Origin: Escherichia phage HY02
Length of the DNA stretch: 64,000 nucleotides
Strand: one strand, 5' to 3'
Sequence record: KM092515
Shown: positions 32,228 to 48,729 of the stretch, one piece after another
How the letters are laid out: each line of letters starts with the position of its first letter
How positions within the stretch are numbered: the first letter of the stretch is position 1
The notes under the pieces: generated by a model
Told to the model about the DNA's origin: nothing
Database searches by the model: none
What the model saw: only the letters and a program-made list of their open reading frames with translations
Program-made: the position numbers and the translations under genes

Positions 32228-33694
32228 ATGGCAGAAATTACAGAAACACAAGAAAGCTTACCACCATTTAGAATGGGTGAAGTAGGTTCTTTGGGTCTGA
32301 AGGTTAAGAATGGTAGAATCTATGAAGAACCTCGTCAGGCACTAAGGTTCCCTGAAAGTATTAAAACTTTCCAATTAATGATGCGTGACCCTGCTGTAGC
32401 AGCATCTGTAAATATTATTAAGATGTTTGTCAGAAAAGTCAACTGGAGATTTGTACCTCCAAAGGGAAAAGAGCAAGACCCTAAAATGCTTGAAAGAGCA
32501 GACTTCTTTAATTCTTTAATGGATGACATGGAGCATGATTGGGCAGATTTTATTAACTCTGTAATGTCATTCTGCACTTATGGGTTCTGTGTTAACGAAA
32601 AGGTTTATAAGAAACGTCAGGGTAAAAAAGGAAAGTACCAGTCAAAATTTGATGATGGTCTAATTGGGTGGGCTAAATTACCAATCAGAAACCAGTCAAC
32701 ACTTGATAAGTGGTATTTTGACGAAGACTTTAGAAAAGTTACTGGTGTCAGACAAAATCTAAGAAATGTTTCACATATTGCTGGAGCAATTAATCTTGGA
32801 GAAAGACCACTAACAAGAAAACTCCCACGAGCTAAATTCATGCTGTTTAAGTATGATGATGAGTATGGTAACCCAGAAGGTCGTTCACCATTGCTTAATG
32901 CTTATGTACCGTGGAAGTATAAAGTACAGATTGAAGAGTATGAAGCTGTTGGTGTTTCAAGAGACTTAGTAGGTATGCCAAAGATTGGTTTACCACCAGA
33001 TTATCTGGATGAAAATGCAGAACCTGAAAAGAAAGCTTTCGTACAATACTGCAAAACTGTTGTTAATGATATGATTGCTAACGACAGAGCAGGTTTAATC
33101 TGGCCTAGATATATCGACCCAGATACTAAAGAGGATATTTTCGAGTTCTCATTAGTTTCTAGACAGGGTGCTAAAGCATATGACACAGGTTCTATCATTG
33201 ACAGATATTCTAAGCAGATTATGATGGCATTTATGTCAGATGTTCTTGCTATGGGTCAGTCAAAATACGGTTCATTCTCTCTTGCAGATTCTAAGACAAG
33301 CTTATTAGCAATGTCAGTAGATATTCTGCTGAAGCAAATTAAGAACGTAATTAACCGTGACTTAGTTGCACAGACTTATGCTCTTAATATGTGGGATGAT
33401 GAAGAACATGTACAAATCACATATGATGATATCGAAACTCCAGACCTTGAAGCAATTGGTTCTTATATTCAGAAGACTGTTGCAGTAGGTGCTTTGGAAG
33501 TTGACAAAGAGCTATCTAACAAACTTAGAGAGCATATTGGTCTTCCTCCTGCTGATGAGTCTCAGCCAGTATCTGAAAAGCTTTCTCCAAATAGCCAAAG
33601 CCGCTCAGGAGATGGTTATAAGACCGCTGGAGAAGGTACTGCAAAGACACCTTCAGCGAAAGACCCAAGCACAGCAAATAAGGCAAATAAATAA
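32228..33694 (+). CDS. portal protein
   Basis: roughly 490-aa ORF immediately after terminase; ATG 32228 preferred over the track GTG 32219. Confidence 0.65.
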   Translation: MAEITETQESLPPFRMGEVGSLGLKVKNGRIYEEPRQALRFPESIKTFQLMMRDPAVAASVNIIKMFVRKVNWRFVPPKGKEQDPKMLERADFFNSLMDDMEHDWADFINSVMSFCTYGFCVNEKVYKKRQGKKGKYQSKFDDGLIGWAKLPIRNQSTLDKWYFDEDFRKVTGVRQNLRNVSHIAGAINLGERPLTRKLPRAKFMLFKYDDEYGNPEGRSPLLNAYVPWKYKVQIEEYEAVGVSRDLVGMPKIGLPPDYLDENAEPEKKAFVQYCKTVVNDMIANDRAGLIWPRYIDPDTKEDIFEFSLVSRQGAKAYDTGSIIDRYSKQIMMAFMSDVLAMGQSKYGSFSLADSKTSLLAMSVDILLKQIKNVINRDLVAQTYALNMWDDEEHVQITYDDIETPDLEAIGSYIQKTVAVGALEVDKELSNKLREHIGLPPADESQPVSEKLSPNSQSRSGDGYKTAGEGTAKTPSAKDPSTANKANK

Positions 33695-34194
33695 TGGCTG
33701 AAGTTATCTCTATTTCAAATGCTACACGAGTGCATTCGTATAGGGGTGTCCTTATCATTACTGATAAGCTATCTGTAGAGGCTGGCTCAAGGGTCAGCCT
33801 TTCAGGTTATGTTAGTGATGGTGGAATCTCTGACGTTTTCACTATTTGCAGGTTACTTGATGCACCAATGAGTGGAAAACCGTTTATTTCAGGAATTTGT
33901 AGTGAAATTGTTAAAATTCCATTTGACAGTTCATGCCTTTTGGGTGTAAAGTTATATAATTGCGAGAATAAACGTATCAATGTTAATAGCATTGAAGCCG
34001 CTTTCATTACCCTCGATACTGCATTTCAATCTCCAATGACAGTTAATAAAGAAACAAACAGACTTGAATACATTTTTTCACAAAATGATTACAAAGTACT
34101 TGTCAAAGGCAAAGTATATGATATGATTGTAAATGTGGTAGATGAATCTGGTAACCATTCAACAGTCCTTAAACAAAAAGTAAGGTTTAATTAA
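33694..34194 (+). CDS. hypothetical protein
   Basis: 166-aa ORF between portal and protease. Confidence 0.45.
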   Translation: MAEVISISNATRVHSYRGVLIITDKLSVEAGSRVSLSGYVSDGGISDVFTICRLLDAPMSGKPFISGICSEIVKIPFDSSCLLGVKLYNCENKRINVNSIEAAFITLDTAFQSPMTVNKETNRLEYIFSQNDYKVLVKGKVYDMIVNVVDESGNHSTVLKQKVRFN

Positions 34195-34526
34195 TGGGAA
34201 CATTAACTATTGATGGTAAGAATAAAATCCTCGCCACGCTAACCCCAACGACTATTATTTTACACAATGTAGACCCAACGGCAGACCCTACAGCAAATAA
34301 GGTTACTCAGCCAGTGGCTATTTATTTTTCTGAACCGGATAATGGCTTAATTGCCTCAGAAGACACAGTTAACATTACTGTTCCAGCTTCTGCAACGGTC
34401 TCACACTATAGCTTGTGGGATGCTAACGATAAATGCGTGGCAACTGGTGCTCTTAGCAAACCTCAATTCTTTGCTGAAGAAGGTATCTATGTTATCTCTT
34501 CAGTCTCTGTAGATTTAAACAAATAG
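34194..34526 (+). CDS. hypothetical protein
   Basis: 110-aa ORF. Confidence 0.45.
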   Translation: MGTLTIDGKNKILATLTPTTIILHNVDPTADPTANKVTQPVAIYFSEPDNGLIASEDTVNITVPASATVSHYSLWDANDKCVATGALSKPQFFAEEGIYVISSVSVDLNK

Positions 34527-34537
34527 GGTGAGTAAAA

Positions 34538-35884
34538 ATGAGTTCGAATATCTTCAGACTTGCTGATAGATTATTCAACCAACCTTTACTAGCCACTGAA
34601 TCATTAGCTCACTCAGCAGCAACTTATGTGAATAACAGATTGCTGGGTGATGTCCAAGCAGCAGTAAACTTTGATAAACCCAAAGGTGAAGCAAGAAGTC
34701 TTTTAAAAGTAAAAGATGATATTGCTATTATCCCCATTATGGGTGGTTTAACCCATCGTATGACATTCATTGATGCAATGTGTACAGGTGGTTTAAGCTC
34801 TTATGAAGGTTTACGTAGAGGCTTTGACGAAGCTTTAGCAGATGAGTCAATCAAGACTATTGTTCTGCATATTGATTCCGGTGGTGGTGAAGCTTCAGGT
34901 TGCTTTGAATTAGCACGTCACATTATGGCTTCAAGAGGCCAAAAGAAAATTATTGCTTATGTAGATGAGTTCGCTTGTTCCGCTGCATATGCTCTTGCAT
35001 CTTCTGCTGAAGAAATTATTGCATCACCAGATGCAGATGTTGGTTCTATTGGTGTAATTATGGTTCATCAGGAATTAACTAAGGCATTTGAAAAGAATGG
35101 CGTAACAATTAACGTCATTAAAGCTGGTGAGTTTAAAGGTATGGGTTCACCATTCCAAGCACTCTCAGAAGAAAGCAAAGAAAGACTTCAAAAGAGAATT
35201 AATGATACCTACGCAACCTTTACAGGTTTTGTAGCTGAATCTCGTAATCTTTCTGAAGAAGCTGTAAAGAATACTGAGGCGAATGTTTATTCTGCTCAGG
35301 AAGCTCTTGAACTTGGTTTAATTAACTCAATCATGTCTCAAGATGATTTCTTAAATTACTTACAAGGTTCTGAAGAGGCTCCTGTAAGTTTAAACGTTAA
35401 CAATTCAGGTGAAGAAATGACTGAACAAGAAAAGCAAGAACTAGAAGCTTTGCGTCTTCAGGTTGCTCAAATGAAAGCTAAAGAACAGGAAGCTGCTTTG
35501 TCAGATTTGACTAATAAGATTTCTGCTTCTGCTGAAGCTTTTGGATTTGATGCAAAAGAAGCTGCAACGACTATTTTAGGTGCTGGTCTTGATAACCCTC
35601 TGAGTGTTCTGTTTATGAATGCTATGGAAGGTGCTAACCAGAAACTTAATGAAACTATCGCATCCCATGCTTCTGCAATGGAAGAAAAAGAATCAGAAAT
35701 TACCAAGCTGAAAGAAACTGCTGGTGCTGTTCTTGAACATTCCAACGCTATGGAAGAAGTGGGTAATGACGGCGAAGCTGATTTGGTTGAAGAAGAAAAA
35801 GAACCAGCTAAAAATGCTTCCGAAGACACTGCTGAACAACGCAAACTGGCTCTCCAGAATGCTCTAAAATCTCTTATCAAATAA
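34538..35884 (+). CDS. prohead protease (S49/ClpP-like) fused to scaffold-like helical domain
   Basis: IPIMGG...VLHIDSGGGEASG...VDEFACSAAYALASSAEEIIASPDADVGSIGV pattern typical of SppA-like peptidases; C-terminal third is Ala/Glu-rich. Confidence 0.7.
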   Translation: MSSNIFRLADRLFNQPLLATESLAHSAATYVNNRLLGDVQAAVNFDKPKGEARSLLKVKDDIAIIPIMGGLTHRMTFIDAMCTGGLSSYEGLRRGFDEALADESIKTIVLHIDSGGGEASGCFELARHIMASRGQKKIIAYVDEFACSAAYALASSAEEIIASPDADVGSIGVIMVHQELTKAFEKNGVTINVIKAGEFKGMGSPFQALSEESKERLQKRINDTYATFTGFVAESRNLSEEAVKNTEANVYSAQEALELGLINSIMSQDDFLNYLQGSEEAPVSLNVNNSGEEMTEQEKQELEALRLQVAQMKAKEQEAALSDLTNKISASAEAFGFDAKEAATTILGAGLDNPLSVLFMNAMEGANQKLNETIASHASAMEEKESEITKLKETAGAVLEHSNAMEEVGNDGEADLVEEEKEPAKNASEDTAEQRKLALQNALKSLIK

Positions 35885-35895
35885 GGAACACAATA

Positions 35896-36273
35896 ATGGC
35901 ATATCAAGGTTTTACTAAGTTAGGTAAAAGAGAACCTCTGAATGATATCATTCTTTGGGAACAGGTTACCCCAACAGGCCACTCTCGTAAAGAGTACACT
36001 CCAGTTGCTTCAACAGAATACCGTGTAGGTGAAGTTCTGAAAGCAGATGGTACTAAAGTTACAGCAGGGCAAGAAGCTCAGGCTGATTCAGTATGTATCG
36101 TTAACTTTTATGCAGACTCACAACTGTCTTATCATGGTCAGTTGAAAGTTGTTGGTATTTACCGTGACGCAGAACTAAAAGACCTGCTTACTCTTGAATC
36201 AGATGTTGATGCTGATGAAGTCAAGAAAGCTCTGGCTGCTAAAGGTATTGATTTCGTACCAACTGGCCTGTAA
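35896..36273 (+). CDS. hypothetical protein (possible head decoration protein, by position)
   Basis: 125-aa ORF directly upstream of the capsid gene. Confidence 0.35.
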   Translation: MAYQGFTKLGKREPLNDIILWEQVTPTGHSRKEYTPVASTEYRVGEVLKADGTKVTAGQEAQADSVCIVNFYADSQLSYHGQLKVVGIYRDAELKDLLTLESDVDADEVKKALAAKGIDFVPTGL

Positions 36274-36306
36274 TAACAATAATAAGACATTCTGGAGAAT
36301 TTTACA

Positions 36307-37413
36307 ATGTTGACTAATTCTGAAAAAAGCAGATTTTTCCTTGCTGACCTGACTGGTGAAGTCCAGTCTATCCCAAATACTTATGGGTATATTTCCAACT
36401 TAGGTCTGTTCCGTTCAGCACCAATCACCCAAACTACTTTCCTGATGGACTTAACTGATTGGGATGTTAGCTTGCTTGATGCGGTAGACCGTGATAGCCG
36501 TAAAGCAGAGACTAGCGCACCTGAACGTGTTCGTCAAATCAGCTTCCCAATGATGTACTTCAAAGAAGTTGAAAGCATTACTCCTGATGAGATTCAGGGT
36601 GTACGTCAGCCAGGCACTGCAAATGAACTGACTACTGAAGCTGTAGTACGTGCTAAGAAGCTGATGAAGATTCGTACCAAGTTCGATATTACTCGTGAGT
36701 TCCTGTTTATGCAAGCTCTGAAGGGTAAAGTTGTTGATGCTCGTGGTACTCTGTATGCTGACCTGTACAAGCAGTTCGACGTTGAGAAGAAGACTATTTA
36801 CTTCGACCTTGACAATCCTAATGCTGACATTGACGCTGCTATTGAAGAACTGCGTATGCACATGGAAGACGAAGCTAAGACTGGCACTGTAATCAACGGT
36901 GAAGAAATTCACGTAGTTGTTGACCGCTTATTCTTCAGCAAACTGGTTAAACATCCTAAGATTCGTGATGCTTATCTTGCACAGCAGACTCCGCTGGCTT
37001 GGCAACAGATTACTGGTTCTCTGAGAACTGGTGGCACTGACGGCGTTCAGGCTCATATGAACACCTTCTACTACGGTGGTGTTAAGTTTGTCCAGTACAA
37101 CGGTAAGTTCAAAGACAAGCGTGGTAAGGTTCACACTCTGGTGAGCATTGATAATGTAGCAGCAACTGTTGGTGTTGGTCATGCCTTCCCTAACGTATCT
37201 ATGCTGGGTGAAGCTAACAACATCTTCGAAGTGGCATATGGTCCATGTCCTAAGATGGGTTATGCAAATACACTTGGTCAGGAACTGTACGTATTCGAAT
37301 ACGAAAAAGACCGTGACGAAGGTATTGACTTCGAAGCTCACTCTTACATGCTGCCATACTGCACACGTCCTCAGTTGCTGGTAGACGTTCGTTCTGACGC
37401 TAAATCAAACTAA
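36307..37413 (+). CDS. major capsid protein
   Basis: 368-aa ORF after protease/scaffold with strong RBS and codon usage suggesting high expression; assigned by gene order. Confidence 0.6.
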   Translation: MLTNSEKSRFFLADLTGEVQSIPNTYGYISNLGLFRSAPITQTTFLMDLTDWDVSLLDAVDRDSRKAETSAPERVRQISFPMMYFKEVESITPDEIQGVRQPGTANELTTEAVVRAKKLMKIRTKFDITREFLFMQALKGKVVDARGTLYADLYKQFDVEKKTIYFDLDNPNADIDAAIEELRMHMEDEAKTGTVINGEEIHVVVDRLFFSKLVKHPKIRDAYLAQQTPLAWQQITGSLRTGGTDGVQAHMNTFYYGGVKFVQYNGKFKDKRGKVHTLVSIDNVAATVGVGHAFPNVSMLGEANNIFEVAYGPCPKMGYANTLGQELYVFEYEKDRDEGIDFEAHSYMLPYCTRPQLLVDVRSDAKSN

Positions 37414-37434
37414 TATTCTTAAGGAGGGTTATGA

Positions 37435-37884
37435 ATGTGCTATACAGGCGACCCAGCCAATAACCCTCTTGATAGAGTAAGAATCCTCTGCACAGACACT
37501 AATAATGATGAAATTCTTATTGAGCAGTCTGTGCTAGAGTGGTTCTATCTAGAATCTGGAAAGGATGAAAAGAAAGCAGCCATCAAAGCTCTTAAATATT
37601 TACTCTTTCAAGTAGCCAAGATGGGAGATGAGAAGGTTGGTGGTGTTTATTTACGTAACTCTTCCAGATTCAAATCTCTGAAAGCTGTTTATGACGACCT
37701 TGTTAAAAGCTCTGTTTCAGGACTACCCTATGCAGGTGGTATTAATCAGTGCGACATTGATATGCGTCGTCAGAATCCTTGCTCTGTCAAGAAATACACA
37801 GAATATGGTGATGCTGCCAGATACGAAGGCAGAGATTACTGCAACCGTGTTAATGGCGTATTTATTATCGAGCGAGATGAATAA
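37435..37884 (+). CDS. head-tail joining or completion protein (by position)
   Basis: 149-aa ORF with RBS AAGGAGGG. Confidence 0.4.
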   Translation: MCYTGDPANNPLDRVRILCTDTNNDEILIEQSVLEWFYLESGKDEKKAAIKALKYLLFQVAKMGDEKVGGVYLRNSSRFKSLKAVYDDLVKSSVSGLPYAGGINQCDIDMRRQNPCSVKKYTEYGDAARYEGRDYCNRVNGVFIIERDE

Positions 37885-38366
37885 TGGTTAAAAGGGTTAT
37901 TCACCCCGCTAGAGCAAAATTAGTCGGGGCTATGAAGAACTTGCAAACGGCTAATGCTCAAGTTGGGTATTTTCAAGAACAAGGTCAACATAGCTCTGGT
38001 TTTTCTTATCCTGCTTTAATGTATTTACAAGAAGTTATTGGGGTTCCTTCAGCTTCTGGTAAAGTATATCGTAGGTTGTTTGAAATCACTATGATGCTAA
38101 ACAAACAGACCTTGTTAGAGCAGACTAAGAAGAATCTATATAAGCAACTTAGCAGTCTCGACGTAGACCCTTCAAATACCTTAGAAGCATTTGCAAAGAA
38201 TGCTCAAAAGGCAATTAAAAGAGGTTTTGGTAATTCTGCTATCCTCCCTCCTAACGCACCTTCCACAGTCAAGAAAAAAGGCTTTAACGCACCTCTTGTT
38301 GAGACAGGTGACTTAAGGGATAACCTTGCTTATAAAATTTCTACTAAGAAGGGTATTAAAAAATGA
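37884..38366 (+). CDS. head-tail joining or completion protein (by position)
   Basis: 160-aa ORF, coupled. Confidence 0.4.
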   Translation: MVKRVIHPARAKLVGAMKNLQTANAQVGYFQEQGQHSSGFSYPALMYLQEVIGVPSASGKVYRRLFEITMMLNKQTLLEQTKKNLYKQLSSLDVDPSNTLEAFAKNAQKAIKRGFGNSAILPPNAPSTVKKKGFNAPLVETGDLRDNLAYKISTKKGIKK

Positions 38367-38764
38367 GGCTCTTAAACAGACACAGCTTTGTAGTAAAGCG
38401 TAAAGTCTCTGAAGACGGTTATTATAATGATGATGGTGATTGGGTAGCTTCACAAGATATTGTTGAGGTTAACTGTAAAGGCAATATCCAACCATATATC
38501 AAAGGTTCTGTAAAGAACGGTACGCAGATTGCTTTACCGGAAGGTATTAGGCTGACCGATACAAGAATCCTGTATACTACATATAAACTTAGAACTTCAG
38601 ATGATGTAGAGTGGAATGAGTCTGATATTGTTATGATTGATGGTCATGAGTATGAAGTATTTATGACTATGGATTGGTCACAGCAATTAGCTCATACATC
38701 CCATTATGAATATATCATTATTAGAAGGGATAAAATGAATGCAGTTAGAAACAGCAGAACTTGA
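38363..38764 (+). CDS. head-tail joining or completion protein (by position)
   Basis: 133-aa ORF, coupled. Confidence 0.4.
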   Translation: MRLLNRHSFVVKRKVSEDGYYNDDGDWVASQDIVEVNCKGNIQPYIKGSVKNGTQIALPEGIRLTDTRILYTTYKLRTSDDVEWNESDIVMIDGHEYEVFMTMDWSQQLAHTSHYEYIIIRRDKMNAVRNSRT

Positions 38765-39338
38765 AAAAGGTCTAGTTAGAACCTTAGTGGATGTTATTGG
38801 TCACAGATTAGCTCGTGATAAAAATAATAGACCAAACGTAATTAGAGCTTACCCTTCTGATAACTCAAATGACAAAGGTTTAAAACCTGACCAGCCATTT
38901 ATTACCGTATATTGTCAAGACGCTGCAACACCTTATGGTTGGGTTCTTGATAAATTTGTTGAGGACGATGTAGTTTGCTACAGAATTGCTTTTCAGATTC
39001 CAGTGTTAATTACGGTGAATGGTAAAGGTGCTCACAGTATTATGCTTGAGCTTAAACAACGATTAGAGATGAGTTCAGTCAGAGATTTAATCCTTGAAGA
39101 AACAGGGGCTACAGTACTAGACACTGGAGCAATCCCGAATGACTACACTTATCTCAATACAGATTTCGAAAATTCTGCACCTCTTGTTGTAACTCTTGTA
39201 AAAAACTCAGTCCTGAAAGATGAACGTGGAAGTATTATTGAGCGTGTCATTGTTGATGGTGAGTTAGTTTATGAAGAAGGACAAGAGCCACCAGAATATA
39301 TTATCCATCTAGATGTAGACTCCAAAGGGGTAAAATAA
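38739..39338 (+). CDS. tail completion protein (by position)
   Basis: 199-aa ORF immediately before the sheath gene. Confidence 0.4.
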   Translation: MQLETAELEKGLVRTLVDVIGHRLARDKNNRPNVIRAYPSDNSNDKGLKPDQPFITVYCQDAATPYGWVLDKFVEDDVVCYRIAFQIPVLITVNGKGAHSIMLELKQRLEMSSVRDLILEETGATVLDTGAIPNDYTYLNTDFENSAPLVVTLVKNSVLKDERGSIIERVIVDGELVYEEGQEPPEYIIHLDVDSKGVK

Positions 39339-40691
39339 ATGTGGAATCCAATTGTTAATGTAGATATTACATTGAACACCGCAGGAACTACAAGAGAAGG
39401 TTTTGGTTTGCCACTATTCTTAGCTTCAACAGATAACTTTGAAGAAAGAGTACGTGGTTACACTTCCTTAACTGAAGTTGCTGAAGATTTCGATGAAAAC
39501 TCTGCTGCATATAAGGCTGCTAAACAACTTTGGAGTCAGACTCCTAAAGTAACTCAGCTTTATATTGGTAGACGTGCTATGCAGTACACTGTATCAATTC
39601 CTGATGCCGTCACCGAAAGTACAGACTACTCAATTACTGTAGCTGCTGGCGGTGGAATCTCTCAACCATACCAGTACACAGCACAAGGTTCAGACACTGC
39701 TCAGACAGTGTTGCAACAGTTTAAAACACAGATTGAAGCTGACCCAACAATCAAAGATAAGGTTTCTGTGAACGTAACTGGTAGCAATGGTTCTGCCACA
39801 ATGATTATTACCAAAGCTGGTGATAATGACTTTGTGAAAGTAACAACTACAGCACAGACTGTGTATATTGCAAGTACAACTGCCGATACAGCATCAACTG
39901 CTCTGGCAGCCATTGAAGCTTATTCTACTGACTGGTATTTCATTGCAGTAGAAGACAGAACTCAACAGTTTGTCTTAGCAATGGCTTCTGAGATTCAGGC
40001 TCGTAAGAAAATCTTCTTTACAGCCAACTCCGATGTAACAGCACTACAAGGTACAGAGTTAGCCAGTGCAAATGATGTTCCAGCACAGCTTGCTAAGAGT
40101 ATGTATACTCGCACAGTTTGCTTGTGGCATCACACAGCGGCAGAAGATTATCCAGAGATGGCATATATTGCTTATGGTGCTCCATACGATGCAGGGTCAA
40201 TTGCTTGGGGTAATGCTCAGTTGACTGGTGTAGCTGCTTCTTTACAGCCAGCTAATAAGAGACCTCTGACAAGTATTCAGAAGTCAGCTTTAGATGTACG
40301 TCACTGTAACTTTATCGACCTTGATGGTGGTGTTCCAGTGGTTCGTCGAGGGATTACTTCTGGTGGGGAATGGATTGATATCGTCCGTGGTGTTGACTGG
40401 TTAGAATCAGACCTGAAAACTTCTCTGAGAGACTTGCTAATTAACCAGAAGGGTGGTAAGATTACTTATGATGATACTGGTATTACCCGTATTCGTCAAG
40501 TCATTGAAACCTCTCTGCAAAGAGCAGTCAACAGAAACTTCCTGTCATCTTACACAGTTAATGTTCCTAAAGCCTCTCAAGTTGCTTTGGCAGACAAGAA
40601 AGCTCGTATCCTGAAAGATGTTACCTTCGCAGGTATCTTAGCAGGGGCTATCTTGGATGTTGACTTGAAAGGTACAGTGGCTTACGAATAA
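39339..40691 (+). CDS. tail sheath protein
   Basis: 450-aa ORF followed by a small tube gene, chaperone pair and tape measure: contractile-tail gene order. Confidence 0.6.
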   Translation: MWNPIVNVDITLNTAGTTREGFGLPLFLASTDNFEERVRGYTSLTEVAEDFDENSAAYKAAKQLWSQTPKVTQLYIGRRAMQYTVSIPDAVTESTDYSITVAAGGGISQPYQYTAQGSDTAQTVLQQFKTQIEADPTIKDKVSVNVTGSNGSATMIITKAGDNDFVKVTTTAQTVYIASTTADTASTALAAIEAYSTDWYFIAVEDRTQQFVLAMASEIQARKKIFFTANSDVTALQGTELASANDVPAQLAKSMYTRTVCLWHHTAAEDYPEMAYIAYGAPYDAGSIAWGNAQLTGVAASLQPANKRPLTSIQKSALDVRHCNFIDLDGGVPVVRRGITSGGEWIDIVRGVDWLESDLKTSLRDLLINQKGGKITYDDTGITRIRQVIETSLQRAVNRNFLSSYTVNVPKASQVALADKKARILKDVTFAGILAGAILDVDLKGTVAYE

Positions 40692-40706
40692 TAGAGGTAA
40701 ATTGGA

Positions 40707-41153
40707 ATGGCTATGTATCAGCAATATTCCCCTAAAGACGTTGTATGTAGCTGGAATGGTATTGCCATTGAAGGCTTTGCCCCAGACTCATTTTTACGTC
40801 TACAGAGAACATCACCACTTGTGACACCAGTTGTTGGGGCAGGTGGTCAAGTTGCTCTGACAAGAAATGCAGATAAGACAGGTACTATTGAGATTGAGCT
40901 TATGCAGACTTCTCTCTCTAACCAGATGCTTTCTGCAATTCAAGCTAAACAAGACAATATGGAACTTGAAGAAGATATCTCTTCTAACTTCGTAATCTAC
41001 GACCCATCAGGCTCTGTTCTGGCAACTGGTATTAATGCTTGGTTGCAGGAATTACCACAGATTGAACTTGGTCGTGACCAGAACTCTAAAACTTGGATTT
41101 TTGGTTGTGAGAAGCTAGACTACACTTCAACAATTCCAGCGTCAAGTGTTTAA
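40707..41153 (+). CDS. tail tube protein
   Basis: 148-aa ORF after the sheath gene, followed by a strong terminator. Confidence 0.55.
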   Translation: MAMYQQYSPKDVVCSWNGIAIEGFAPDSFLRLQRTSPLVTPVVGAGGQVALTRNADKTGTIEIELMQTSLSNQMLSAIQAKQDNMELEEDISSNFVIYDPSGSVLATGINAWLQELPQIELGRDQNSKTWIFGCEKLDYTSTIPASSV

Positions 41154-41165
41154 TAAATCCTATAA

Positions 41166-41198
41166 GGGGGAGACTTTAAAAGGTCTTCCCCTTTTTTG
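41166..41198 (+). terminator. intrinsic terminator after sheath and tube genes
   Basis: GGGGGAGAC-loop-GTCTTCCCC followed by TTTTTTG. Confidence 0.75.
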
Positions 41199-41226
41199 TT
41201 TCTTTTAAAAGTATTAAGGAATCACA

Positions 41227-41625
41227 ATGAAAACAGAATCTAGAGTAATTAATGGTAAGAAAGTAAATATCGTTCTGCTTGGGGCAAGAGATGGTATTAA
41301 GATGTCTATGAAGTTGGGTAAAATTGTTGTTCCAACCTTTGCGCAGATGCTATCAAGTTTGACTGATAAAGATAAGAAAGAAGCTCCAATGGTCCCATTT
41401 AAAGAACTTGTTGAAGCTTGTTTTGACAGAATTGAAGAAATTAACCTTGAAGAAATGGCTACCCTGTTATTTCAAGGGGCAACTGTTGATGACTTCCCAC
41501 TTAATATTGACACACACTTCCAAGCAAACTACGGTGAGTTTATTGATTACTTAGCATTTGCGCTGGAGGCAAACTTCGGAAGTTTTTTCGAAGCAAGCAT
41601 TTTCAAAAGCCTAACTTCTCAGTAA
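41227..41625 (+). CDS. tail assembly chaperone
   Basis: 132-aa acidic ORF upstream of the tape measure gene. Confidence 0.5.
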   Translation: MKTESRVINGKKVNIVLLGARDGIKMSMKLGKIVVPTFAQMLSSLTDKDKKEAPMVPFKELVEACFDRIEEINLEEMATLLFQGATVDDFPLNIDTHFQANYGEFIDYLAFALEANFGSFFEASIFKSLTSQ

Positions 41626-41627
41626 AC

Positions 41628-41866
41628 ATGGGTAACACTCTACAGACACCACTAACTGATGCTGCTGTAGAGGCAACCTATGAAGAAGCAGACGAGATGA
41701 AATTTGTGCTTGCTATTTATGGTATGGAAGGGTGTAAAGAAACACTTGACCAACTCTTTGCTATGACATTCTCTGATTTATTATCATTGAGACAATTTCT
41801 TGAAATTCAGAGGTCGTATAAAGAGGAAATTGCTTACAACGAACTTAGAAGAGCAGGAAAAATGTA

Positions 41867-41867
<1 letters not shown>
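41628..41867 (+). CDS. tail assembly chaperone (second)
   Basis: 79-aa ORF between chaperone and tape measure. Confidence 0.45.
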
Positions 41868-47257
<5,390 letters not shown>

Positions 47258-47258
<1 letters not shown>

Positions 47259-48727
47259 TGGCAGGATTAACTACAACAGGATTACAAACTCTAAGATATC
47301 AGGAAATTTTTGATAATATTAAGTCACGACTTCTTAGAGATATTTCACCCAACCTTGACGCTTCTGAAGATAGCCAATTAGGACTCTTCCTAGCTTCAAT
47401 TGCAAGGTCTTTAGCAGATACTCATGAGATTCTATCAGAAATCTACGATGGGGGTACGATTGATAAGGCTGAAGGCTTTAACCTTGATGATATTACAGCT
47501 TTAAATGCGGTATACAGATATGTTGCTCAGGCAACAAGAGGTCAAGTTGAGTTTACTGGAATGACTGGTGCTACCATTCCTTCAACAACAAGATTAAGAA
47601 GTACTGCCGGAAACATCTTTTATCCAGTTAATAACATTACCCTTACTCCATCATATTGTGTTGAAGCTATCCTTGAAGTTAACTCTTTACGAACTGATGC
47701 AGATTATGTTATTATTATTGATAACGTCATTTTCTCATATAAACCAACCTCATTAGACACAATCACCACGCTGCTAACAAAATTAGCAGAAGCTATTAAT
47801 GGTGGTATTGTAGCAAAAGCAGAAGTCATTAATGATGGAGCCGCACTAAGAGTCTATAAAGACGAGGGTGATATCATTGCAAGAACAAACCCTATGGTTG
47901 TCACTGCAACAACGTTTCTAACCTTTACAAAAATTACAACTATTTCAGATGTAGTAGCTGAAGAGGTTGGTGCTACACCTGCTTTGGCTGGTACGCTTAT
48001 TGAGATTGAGACAACTGTTGATGGTCTTGACAGTATTTATAACAGGTATGACTTAACAACTGGTAGAAACGAAGAAACTGACACAGAACTTAGACAGAGA
48101 TATTTAGAATCTTTAGCAGTTACTGGTGTAGGGACTTTGGATGCAATTGTAGCTGCTGTTAAAAGAGTTCAAGGTGTCTCAGATGCTTCAGGTGTTGAAA
48201 ATGATACTGAAGAGACAAACTCAGAAGGTCTTCCACCAAAATCTTTTAAGATTGTTGTAGTTGGTGGTCAAAATGATAATGTTGCTCAAGCAATCTGGGA
48301 TACAAAACCTGCTGGTATTAGGGCTTATGGCTCAATTTTTGGTACAGCCCATGATTTAGGTGGTTTGGCACATAATATTTATTTTAGCAGACCAACACCA
48401 AAATACGCATTTGTTAAAGTCTCTTACTCTTTATATGATGAAGAAAGCTTGACAATCCCTGAAGAGGATATCAGAGACAGCATTGTACAAGGTATTAATG
48501 CTTATGGAAGAACTCTTAAGGTTGGTAATGATGTTATCCCTAACAGAATCTATGGATATATCTATGACGTGATTAAAGGTATTGAGATTAATGAGGTTAA
48601 AGTAGCCTTATCAAACAACCAATCAGTCCCACCTAGTGACGGGCAGTATACTACAGCAAGAATTACTGTTGACGGTGACCAATATACTGTTTGGGAAAGC
48701 AGCCAGTATACCATCACTAAGGAGTAA
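47258..48727 (+). CDS. baseplate J-like protein
   Basis: 489-aa ORF in P2-like V-W-J-I order. Confidence 0.45.
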
Positions 48728-48729
48728 TA